From an uncultured bacterium (GTDB lineage: Bacteria > Acidobacteriota > Aminicenantia > UBA2199): a stretch of DNA of 64,000 bases. Positions within the stretch are counted from its first letter, which is position 1, and each line of letters opens with the position of its first letter. The stretch lies in assembly GCA_965603365.1 (NCBI GenBank), contig CBFDCR010000010.1, positions 27,425 to 91,424 on the forward strand. The letters are read 5' to 3'. Below, piece by piece: positions 1-6,913 of this stretch. The translations under genes were made by a program, and so were the position numbers. A model generated the notes under the pieces. That model worked only from the letters and a program-made list of their open reading frames with translations. It ran no database searches and was not told where the DNA came from.

Positions 1-153
1 TGGATCACCGGTACCATCATCAACCTGGGGGCCATTATCGTCTCCTACAACTTCGATTTCCCCACCGGCTACACCCTGGTATTCCTCCACTCCATCTTCG
101 CCATTGCCTTCACCCTGATCAAAAAATCCAGAGCCCCTGAATCCCCCTGTTAA
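1..153 (+). CDS. ABC-3 family metal (Zn/Mn-type) ABC transporter permease, C-terminal fragment; the gene starts upstream of the window
   Basis: The frame is open from base 1 to TAA at 151-153. The hydrophobic tail ...IVSYNFDFPTGYTLVFLHSIFAIAFTLI resembles the last TM segment of ZnuB/MntB-type permeases (SY..D.P[ST]G motif). Confidence 0.45.
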   Translation, partial: WITGTIINLGAIIVSYNFDFPTGYTLVFLHSIFAIAFTLIKKSRAPESPC

Positions 154-320
154 ATTGCCCGTATTGGTCACCAACATGGGGGTGTTATAAAAACCCCCTG
201 TAGATGTTCGTTACTTGCTGAATAGACACAAAATATATTTTTATTGTAAATTTTTTTAGTAAAAAAATTCAAGAAGCTGCCCGAAGTGGGTTTCCCATTC
301 GTCTCAATGTATAGGATAAT

Positions 321-929
321 ATGAGACGTGAAGTGCGGAATAGTGAAGCGATGAGACGAACAGAGCGGCAGCCAGTGACCTTTGATAACAGCCGGCAGTT
401 GGTGGCTCAATTTTATAAGGCTTATTTCAAGGGTATCTACCGGTTTATCTTTCGGCTCAGTGGCGATGCCGACGACACCCGGGACATCACCCAGGAAGTG
501 TTTATCAAATTATTCGACTATTTGAATCGGAACGGTGAGATCAGCACCCCCAAAGCCTGGCTGTACCGGGTGGCGGTAAACACCTGTCACAGCCATCTGC
601 GGCGGCAGGCGAAGTTTCAACAGATCGTCGCCCGGGAGCTGGAGGACGGCAATCCGGCAGGGGTAAACGGGCAGGCCAGCGATGTGCTGGTGAACATGAG
701 GTTTTACGAAGGCATCCGGGCCAAAGACCTGGATAAGCCCACGGTGGTCACCTCCTTTTATGTGGAGCCCTTTTGGGTGGGCAATATTGTCTCCGAAACC
801 GACCTTTCGCAAGAAAAGAGCAAGCTGAAGCGAATATTTAACGTGGAGGATGTCAAATTGCTGACCAGGGCCCCAAAAAGATCTTCCGGGTGTTTGTTCT
901 CAACGGCCGGAAGTTCGGTCTACTCTTAA
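321..929 (+). CDS. ECF sigma factor-like protein with a clear sigma-70 region 2 but a degenerate or absent region 4; its 3' end overlaps the next ORF
   Basis: Region-2 motifs DITQEVFIKLF and PKAWLYRVAVNTCHSHLRRQ are present. Only a weak region-4 trace is visible (VLVNMRFYEGIRAKD...TVV). The ORF runs 40 nt into the 890..1864 ORF. Confidence 0.55.
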   Translation: MRREVRNSEAMRRTERQPVTFDNSRQLVAQFYKAYFKGIYRFIFRLSGDADDTRDITQEVFIKLFDYLNRNGEISTPKAWLYRVAVNTCHSHLRRQAKFQQIVARELEDGNPAGVNGQASDVLVNMRFYEGIRAKDLDKPTVVTSFYVEPFWVGNIVSETDLSQEKSKLKRIFNVEDVKLLTRAPKRSSGCLFSTAGSSVYS

Positions 930-1864
930 GCCGGGAAGAACGAAAGAACAGTTTCCGCATCGAGGTGTATGAGGGGGAGAATCCTAAAGATAGGACCAAA
1001 AACCTGCTGGACACCGAGGTGGTACTGGAAGAGCAGAATACCGCCATCTTCGGCTTTGAGAACCCGGACGGTAATATTTACTTCCTCTCCCTTCACCGGG
1101 AGATGGATACCGAAGTCGTCGAGGAGGATGAGATCCTGGTTTCCACCCAATACCGCCCCCGGTTGATTCATTGGCTGCGCCCCCAATACCCCGAAGAGGC
1201 ATTAAAAAAGGGAGTCGAGGGCTGGGTGCGGCTCCAGGGGGGTATCGATAATAAGGGGCAGGTGGCCTATGTCAATGTCATTTCCGGCCCCCGGTTATTG
1301 AAGACGGCGGCGGTGGCCGCAGTCAAGCAGTGGCAATACCGGCCCCCCAAACCGGAGATCAAGGACGGCCAACTGCCAGTGCCCTTTACCGCAGTCATCA
1401 TCTTCAGGCTCCCCAAAGACAAACAAAAAGAAGAGTTGGCGAAAACGGGAACAAAAGATCCGGCTCCGGCCGCCGTTCCCGATATATGGCCGACCCGGGG
1501 CTACATCTCCCTCGCCTTCGGTCCCGCCAGGAGTCCCTTTACCTTAAAAGAGATGTTTCACAACGGCCTCGACATCGCGGCCAAGGCAGGCACCCCGGTG
1601 GCGGCCCCGGCCGATGGCCTGGTCACCACCGCCGGTTTTAAGGGGGATTACGGCTATTTGATCATCATCGACCACCGGAACGGTTACACCACCTGGTACG
1701 CCCATTTGCAGGCGGTCAAAGTCCGGAAAGGAGAGCAGGTGAAGAGGGGGGAAACCATCGGCTTTGTGGGCAACTCCGGCAAGAGCATGGGGCCGCACCT
1801 GCACTACGAGGTGCGGCTCAACGACAAGCCCGTCAACCCGGTGGATCTCATCGAAGAGAGATGA
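890..1864 (+). CDS. TonB C-terminal domain + M23 (LytM-type) metallopeptidase fusion protein
   Basis: A TonB_C-like segment is present (LRPQYPEEALKKGVEGWVRL...AAVAAVKQWQYRP). M23 motifs are HNGLDIAA, YLIIIDHRNGYTTWYAHL and GNSGKSMGPHLHYEV. GTG at 890 is only the first in-frame start, and the frame is open from 842. I see no signal peptide or TM segment. Confidence 0.75.
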   Translation: MFVLNGRKFGLLLSREERKNSFRIEVYEGENPKDRTKNLLDTEVVLEEQNTAIFGFENPDGNIYFLSLHREMDTEVVEEDEILVSTQYRPRLIHWLRPQYPEEALKKGVEGWVRLQGGIDNKGQVAYVNVISGPRLLKTAAVAAVKQWQYRPPKPEIKDGQLPVPFTAVIIFRLPKDKQKEELAKTGTKDPAPAAVPDIWPTRGYISLAFGPARSPFTLKEMFHNGLDIAAKAGTPVAAPADGLVTTAGFKGDYGYLIIIDHRNGYTTWYAHLQAVKVRKGEQVKRGETIGFVGNSGKSMGPHLHYEVRLNDKPVNPVDLIEER

Positions 1865-1865
1865 A

Positions 1866-2804
1866 TTACGGCTGCAGGTTGTTGAACACCGATTCGTAGA
1901 GGCAGCGGTTGATGACCGCTTCGGCGGGTTCGATCTCCGGGAAAATTGCCTGCCAGGTTTCGGAGTCCTCCATACACAGGTAGAGGGGAATATCGGGGCC
2001 CAGTTGCGAACGGATGGTGTCGCGGGCTCCGTGGAACATCGCCAACCGCAGGGGTTTGAAATAACGGTACTTACCGTCGTAGCCTTTGATCAACTCCCCG
2101 GAAAAGAGTTGAGATTCCGGGTGTTTCAATATTTCGGCCCTCAAGGCATAGGGAAAGCGCAACGTTCCTAAGCTCCACCAGGCTATTCCTTCCGGTTGAA
2201 CCACGCCGGCGATCTCCCGTATCAAAGAGTCGTAAGCATCTTGCCAGTCGCCGACAGCCAGCATGGGGTCGAAGTGAATACCGATCTTATAGCCCCGTTC
2301 CTGCACCGCGGCCATGGCAGACAGCCGGGCGGACAGTGATGGGGTACCTGTCTCCTCTTTGTCGATTATACTCTGGGGATTGAGGGACCAGGAGATCACG
2401 ATATTTTTCACTACCCCTGGGTAAGTTAAGATGTTTTTGACATTGGCCGACTTGGTCTTGAATTCAAATACCACCTGCGGATACTGTTCAAAAAGGGCCA
2501 TGATTCCGGCTGCATAGTTGGCCTGGGGTTCGTATACCAGGGAGTCGGAGAGTTCACCTGAGCCGATGCGCAAATGCTGCTTGCCTTTGACAAAGGCGGC
2601 AAGCTCTCGCTCCATATCCTCGATATTGGTGTAAAAGACCGGCTCCTTGCTCTCCAGGTAGGCCTGCAGGATGCAGTAAGAGCAGTCGTAGGCGCAGCCG
2701 GTGTGCAGATTTAGGTTATAATAACCGCAGGAGACCGTCTCCGGCGAGCAGGGGCAGTGCTTGACAAAATTTCCCTTTTGCCGTTGATACTTAATCACTG
2801 GCAT
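1866..2804 (-). CDS. spore-photoproduct-lyase-family radical SAM protein (SplB-like)
   Basis: The protein is 312 aa with an N-terminal CX3CX2C motif (CAYDCSYC). The overall layout resembles SP-lyase-like radical SAM DNA repair proteins. Confidence 0.7.
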   Translation of the reverse strand: MPVIKYQRQKGNFVKHCPCSPETVSCGYYNLNLHTGCAYDCSYCILQAYLESKEPVFYTNIEDMERELAAFVKGKQHLRIGSGELSDSLVYEPQANYAAGIMALFEQYPQVVFEFKTKSANVKNILTYPGVVKNIVISWSLNPQSIIDKEETGTPSLSARLSAMAAVQERGYKIGIHFDPMLAVGDWQDAYDSLIREIAGVVQPEGIAWWSLGTLRFPYALRAEILKHPESQLFSGELIKGYDGKYRYFKPLRLAMFHGARDTIRSQLGPDIPLYLCMEDSETWQAIFPEIEPAEAVINRCLYESVFNNLQP

Positions 2805-2952
2805 ATAGTATCAATTTCCCCCCCCAATTTCAAGGCCACCATCCCAACCCCCATGTGCCAAACCTGGCCTGATCCCCAATCTATAAATATCATCATGCTA
2901 TCTCCTCTAAATGATTGAATACTACAGCCAGGAAAAGATGTCAAGTTTCTTT

Positions 2953-2969
2953 GTGTCTCGAAACGCTGC
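2953..2969. promoter_or_regulatory. upstream element copy 1 (GTGTCTCGAAACGCTGC), candidate enhancer-binding-protein site
   Basis: This is an exact 17-bp direct repeat of 3122..3138. It contains the imperfect dyad GTCTCGAAAC centred on TCGA and lies about 265 bp upstream of the sigma-54 element. Confidence 0.45.
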
Positions 2970-3121
2970 ATCTCTGAAATCCCTGGAAAGTATTGATATA
3001 AAAGCGGCAGTGCGTGATAAGGAGTCCCGGAGACAACTTTAGTGTAGGGAAACGGTACAAAGTTGAAAATATCTTATAGCAAAGGCTAAAGGGGGATAAT
3101 ACGGTTTTTGATGGGGGACGG

Positions 3122-3138
3122 GTGTCTCGAAACGCTGC
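3122..3138. promoter_or_regulatory. upstream element copy 2 (GTGTCTCGAAACGCTGC), candidate enhancer-binding-protein site
   Basis: This is an exact 17-bp copy of 2953..2969. It lies about 95 bp upstream of the -24 element, a typical UAS distance for sigma-54 activators, with AT-rich DNA in between. Confidence 0.5.
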
Positions 3139-3216
3139 GTTTTTGCGTGAGTACTCAAATTTGATAAAACGCCCTATATCCTCTAAATAAGACCGTTTTG
3201 AGCCTTTTTTTCAAGT

Positions 3217-3231
3217 TGGCACCATAGTTGC
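3217..3231 (+). promoter_or_regulatory. sigma-54 (RpoN) -24/-12 promoter
   Basis: TGGCAC-catag-TTGC matches the TGGCAC-N5-TTGC consensus exactly, with GG at 3218-3219 and GC at 3230-3231. It lies about 125 nt upstream of the first precursor ATG. Confidence 0.7.
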
Positions 3232-3355
3232 CCTTTCTTAAGAGTCAATCGTCTTTAAAACATAAGGACACCGTCGCTATCCTCGGACGGGTAGATGCGG
3301 GGTTCGTTTTAAAGTGTCCGGGTTGGCAAAAAATAAAACAAGGAGGATTAACACA

Positions 3356-3556
3356 ATGAAAATAAAGAAATTTAAGAACAGCGGTAATCACATCAAGGTC
3401 CAGAACCTGCGCAATGGTGAGATGCGGGCAGTGCGGGGAGGAACAGAGTATACCTGCGGCGGTGGAAGTGGTGATGACTGTACAAAGTTGGCAGTCCATG
3501 TGCCAGATGCTATGGCGATGGCGGAAAAAGCCGATCTTTTGTCAGTGTACAAATAA
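3356..3556 (+). CDS. RiPP-type precursor peptide A (66 aa; 29-aa leader ending RGG, Cys-containing core)
   Basis: ATG at 3356 follows RBS AGGAGGA (3341-3347). Sequence: MKIKKFKNSGNHIKVQNLRNGEMRAVRGG|TEYTCGGGSGDDCTKLAVHVPDAMAMAEKADLLSVYK. The leader resembles double-glycine bacteriocin leaders. It is paralogous to the next ORF and lies directly upstream of an RRE-containing radical SAM enzyme. Confidence 0.8.
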   Translation: MKIKKFKNSGNHIKVQNLRNGEMRAVRGGTEYTCGGGSGDDCTKLAVHVPDAMAMAEKADLLSVYK

Positions 3557-3582
3557 TAATTAAAATTTAAGGAGGAGAAAAA

Positions 3583-3777
3583 ATGAAAAAGACAACCAAT
3601 TTAAACGACCGTAAACACCTCTCCGTCCAGAAACTCCGCAACAGCGAGTTGAAGGCAACTTTAGCAGGTGAAATCATTACTTGCGGCTATGAAGGTGACC
3701 TTTGCAAGAAACTCTCTGTCGAGGTCCCTGGATGTGAAACCCTTCAGAATGAAAGCCACAAAGTGGTCTTAAGTTAG
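3583..3777 (+). CDS. RiPP-type precursor peptide B (64 aa; 29-aa leader ending LAG, 3-Cys core)
   Basis: ATG at 3583 follows RBS GGAGGAG. Sequence: MKKTTNLNDRKHLSVQKLRNSELKATLAG|EIITCGYEGDLCKKLSVEVPGCETLQNESHKVVLS. It shares the leader positions H12, VQ.LRN.E..A and G29 with peptide A, and the core motif TCG..GD.C.KL.V.VP. Confidence 0.8.
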   Translation: MKKTTNLNDRKHLSVQKLRNSELKATLAGEIITCGYEGDLCKKLSVEVPGCETLQNESHKVVLS

Positions 3778-3796
3778 CAAGCAATGCGCCCACAAA

Positions 3797-3852
3797 AGAA
3801 TCCGGTCTCGTATATCCGTCGATATATGAGACTGGATTCTTCTATTTTGTTT
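3797..3852 (+). terminator. long hairpin plus U-tract after the precursor genes (intrinsic terminator or attenuator)
   Basis: Bases 3797-3815 pair with 3822-3840 (19 bp: 17 Watson-Crick and 2 G-U) around the 6-nt loop CCGTCG. The T-rich tract TCTATTTTGTTT follows. The structure sits between precursor B and the first maturase gene. Confidence 0.6.
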
Positions 3853-3886
3853 GAGGATAATATAAGAGGATCAGGAGGTAAACAAA

Positions 3887-5494
3887 ATGAGACTTGAAAC
3901 ACCGCAGTGCAACGATCAGGAGCCAAAAATTACAGGTTCATTCAGAGATGGACTCTTCGGTAATTTACCGGTCGAATTGTTTCGCAGCAAACGGGGCTAT
4001 TACGCTTTCGATGCCCATAACGTGCGCATGGTGACCGTAGACCGGGTGAGTTACGATATTTTGCGGATCTTGCGGGAGCGTGAGGCAGGGGTAGATGAGA
4101 TCGTACGCCTTCTTGACCACCATCCTGCCAAACAGGTTCGAGAGGCGTTTGAGGAATTGATGGCTGTACAGGACGAAGGCTTTCTTCGTCGAGGCAGTTT
4201 TCGTCGCACCCCCCGCTTTGGCAAAACGGATATCCGCATGAAGCAGCGCCTTACCGAGGAGATGGCAGGGTTAACCATATCAATAACCGGCAAGTGCAAT
4301 CTGGCCTGTTCCTACTGCATCTATGGCGGGAACTACGACGCCCAGCGGCAGCTTTGCGGTGCCAGCATGAGTTGGGAGACCTTGAAAAATGCCATGATCT
4401 TCCTGGCCGATAATTCACGCCGTTCCGAAAGCGTACAGGTGGATTTTTTTGGCGGTGAACCGCTTCTTGAACACCGGCTCATCAAACGGGCGGTGGAGTT
4501 CCTGAAATCCCGTATTGGAACAAGAGAGACAAGAGTGGACGTTACTGTGGCGTCAAACGGCACCATATTAAACGACCGCATCCTGGAGTTTCTTGTCAAG
4601 CATAAAGTCTACCTCCAGTTCAGTATTGACGGCAGCCAGGAACAGCACGATCGCTACAGGATCTTCAAGGCGAATCGCCGGGGTAGTTTCAAAAAGATCA
4701 TGGAGAACCTGAAGAAAATCCACATCTTCGATCCGGAGTACTATCGCTCCTATATTCGCATCAAATCGGTTCAGACATCCGATCAAGACAACAGCCATGA
4801 CGATGCGTTCTGGCAGCATCCCCTCGTCAAACCGGTGGTGGAGGAAAAACACTTATCGGTCCTGCAGCTCAGGCCAGACTTTAACATCGAAAAAGATGGT
4901 GACTATTTTGACAGACTTGCCCGCATCGGGGAGCGATCACTGGCGCTGCGTAATGTTGAGACCCTGGATGATGTGCGCCAGGCTTTCCCACAAAAAGAGT
5001 GGCAATTTTTCTACTCTACTATCGCCAGATTCTTTAATGTTCAGGCGACCTACAATCTCTACAAGCGTGATAAGGCCGAAGTTCCCTTTACCAAGGGATG
5101 CTTATACGGATATAAAGAAGGGAATGTAGAACCCTCGGGCAAGATAACCATTTGTCATCTGGCCACCAATTGGGTCATCGGCGACGTTAATGAAGGGCGC
5201 TGGTATTTCGACAGGATTCGCAAATACGACCAACGTGTCCACAGTTGGCGTCCCTGCTCCGGTTGTTTTGCTCAACGTTTTTGTGATCTTTGTCCTGAAA
5301 AAATCGACGGTACAGAGGAAAATTATATAGAAAGCCGCAGCCGTTTTTGCGAGTTTCAGAGGGAAAACTACCGGGCTATATTCTCTTACGCGCTGGCGTT
5401 GTGTGAGGCGAATCCCGGGCTTTGGGACGAAGTGGATCGTTTAATCGAAGTGGGTTATCGCCGCGAGGAGAAAAAAAACAAGAAGGCTGCCTGA
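3887..5494 (+). CDS. radical SAM/SPASM-type peptide maturase with an N-terminal PqqD-like RiPP recognition element
   Basis: RBS AGGAGG is present. The CX3CX2C motif CNLACSYC lies at 4295-4318. The N-terminal ~100 aa look like a winged-helix RRE (VDRVSYDILRILREREAGVDEIVRLL...EELMAVQDEGFL). The C-terminal auxiliary-cluster Cys pattern is CSGCFAQRFCDLC...FCEF. Confidence 0.8.
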   Translation: MRLETPQCNDQEPKITGSFRDGLFGNLPVELFRSKRGYYAFDAHNVRMVTVDRVSYDILRILREREAGVDEIVRLLDHHPAKQVREAFEELMAVQDEGFLRRGSFRRTPRFGKTDIRMKQRLTEEMAGLTISITGKCNLACSYCIYGGNYDAQRQLCGASMSWETLKNAMIFLADNSRRSESVQVDFFGGEPLLEHRLIKRAVEFLKSRIGTRETRVDVTVASNGTILNDRILEFLVKHKVYLQFSIDGSQEQHDRYRIFKANRRGSFKKIMENLKKIHIFDPEYYRSYIRIKSVQTSDQDNSHDDAFWQHPLVKPVVEEKHLSVLQLRPDFNIEKDGDYFDRLARIGERSLALRNVETLDDVRQAFPQKEWQFFYSTIARFFNVQATYNLYKRDKAEVPFTKGCLYGYKEGNVEPSGKITICHLATNWVIGDVNEGRWYFDRIRKYDQRVHSWRPCSGCFAQRFCDLCPEKIDGTEENYIESRSRFCEFQRENYRAIFSYALALCEANPGLWDEVDRLIEVGYRREEKKNKKAA

Positions 5495-5539
5495 CAGAAT
5501 AGTTGGAGACAGATATAGTAGAGAGCCAGGAGCTGAAGG

Positions 5540-6661
5540 ATGAAAAAGCTGTATTTTATAGTCGTTTTATCGGGTCTTTTATATTTTTGTGGTTCTCAGG
5601 CAAAGAATATAGATAAACCCACTCAGGGTGAATGGGATTTTAAATTGAAAAAAGCCTGGGAAATCGGGCAAATAGGCGAAGATGTTCTGGTTGGGATTCG
5701 GGGGATTGGCGTAAATAAAGAGGGAAATCTTTTTTTATGGGACAGCCGGCAATCTACAGTATTCGTATGTAATTCCCAGGGCCAGTTATTATACCACTTT
5801 GGAAGTAGAGGAGAGGGACCGGGTGAAGTACTGGATAAATGGGCGACTCGCCTGTTTCTTACCGATAAGCATATCATTCTTCATGAAGTAAACACCGGCA
5901 GAATTCACTACTTTTCAGACAATGGAGAGTTCGAGAAAACCGAAAAAATATTAAAATTGAAATATGCCCGAGCCTTAAAAACATTTATTGATCCCGACCG
6001 GTTTTTGTTTTTTTTAGCTGAAGAACCTTCGGATAAACATGAAAATATCCTTGGCATTTATGACCTGTCAACTAAAAATTATGAAGTAATAACCAGAATG
6101 CCTGGAAACAAACCTCTGTCTGTAAATGATGAAAAAGCGGGAAATATAACTTTGCATGACCATGATGTTGCTGCTGCTGTAATATGTGCTCAATTTGAGA
6201 AAAAAAAAATATTTTATGGAAGAAATGATGAATATGTCATAACGGGAGTAGATTTAAAAATTAAAAAAACTATCTCCTTCTCCATAACCGGAAGAAAAGG
6301 TAGAAAAATTAGCGAAAAAACAAAAAATAAAAGATTTAGAAATTTGCCTATAAATAAACAATTATTAAAGCTGCTAATTAAAAAGTGTCCGGATAGAACA
6401 AGATTCTTTAACCGGATATTCATTGAAAAGACGGGATTAATATATGTATTTGTGCCCGATTGGGAAAAGACAAACTCTCTTGAAATAGATATATTTTCTC
6501 CAGAAGGAAAATATCTTTATCATTCAATAATCCGGATACCGGATGAATATAACAAAATTCGCAACCTTACTTTTAATTATAAAGATCTTTACTTTACCGC
6601 CGAAGATCAAAACGGCGAGATTAAATTAGTAAAATTTAATATTACCTCTCCAACAATATAA
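5540..6661 (+). CDS. lipoprotein, 6-bladed beta-propeller-like family (unknown function)
   Basis: The signal peptide has a lipobox-like Cys (MKKLYFIVVLSGLLYFCGS). Repetitive beta-strand-rich sequence ends in ...GEIKLVKFNI, typical of TolB-like or '6-bladed beta-propeller' paralog families. The gene is visibly more AT-rich than its neighbours. Confidence 0.6.
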   Translation: MKKLYFIVVLSGLLYFCGSQAKNIDKPTQGEWDFKLKKAWEIGQIGEDVLVGIRGIGVNKEGNLFLWDSRQSTVFVCNSQGQLLYHFGSRGEGPGEVLDKWATRLFLTDKHIILHEVNTGRIHYFSDNGEFEKTEKILKLKYARALKTFIDPDRFLFFLAEEPSDKHENILGIYDLSTKNYEVITRMPGNKPLSVNDEKAGNITLHDHDVAAAVICAQFEKKKIFYGRNDEYVITGVDLKIKKTISFSITGRKGRKISEKTKNKRFRNLPINKQLLKLLIKKCPDRTRFFNRIFIEKTGLIYVFVPDWEKTNSLEIDIFSPEGKYLYHSIIRIPDEYNKIRNLTFNYKDLYFTAEDQNGEIKLVKFNITSPTI

Positions 6662-6714
6662 CAACGACCGAACCGTCCGGCAATATGATCTCCATACTTT
6701 TTGCCTGATTTTCA

Positions 6715-6743
6715 TTGACAATAACATCTTCTATCACTATAAT
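6715..6743 (+). promoter_or_regulatory. consensus sigma-70 promoter (TTGACA-N17-TATAAT)
   Basis: TTGACA lies at 6715-6720, followed by an exact 17-nt spacer and TATAAT at 6738-6743. The element is about 170 nt upstream of the ATG at 6914. Confidence 0.6.
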
Positions 6744-6913
6744 TGGTTCATGGATGCAAAACGATTTTTCTATTCAGCATCTAAAATAACTACACATGTT
6801 CCATGATCGACCTGATGAAGACGGATTGTGCGGCAGAGTAGTAGATGCAGAAAAATATTTCGAACATTATAAAGGTACTTAAAAATGAAATGTAAAAAAG
6901 GGAGGAACAAAAA

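Noticed and set aside
1866-2804. The SplB-like radical SAM gene, considered as a fifth member of the peptide-modification cluster
   Set aside because: It is divergently oriented and has the SP-lyase-family layout, with no SPASM or RRE domain. It is separated from the operon by the 550-bp regulatory region. It is more likely a DNA-repair-type enzyme that happens to be adjacent.
3314-3355. Extended start for precursor A (80-aa version in the ORF track)
   Set aside because: The upstream in-frame start has no RBS. ATG at 3356 sits 8 nt after AGGAGGA and gives a leader of exactly the same length (29 aa) as the paralogous peptide B.
3245-3499. Cys-rich 84-aa minus-strand ORF overlapping precursor A and its leader region
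   Set aside because: It is antisense to a strongly supported small gene, has no RBS, and reads through the sigma-54 promoter region. The Cys richness mirrors the GCA/ACA-rich complement.
6750-6900. Three mini-ORFs (18, 12 and 16 codons) in the long 5' UTR before the tandem rSAM genes, considered as possible extra precursors
   Set aside because: They show no similarity to the leader or core of peptides A and B, have no RBS, and lie in AT-rich sequence where short ORFs arise by chance. Only the possible leaderless start at 6750 is mentioned, under the promoter finding.
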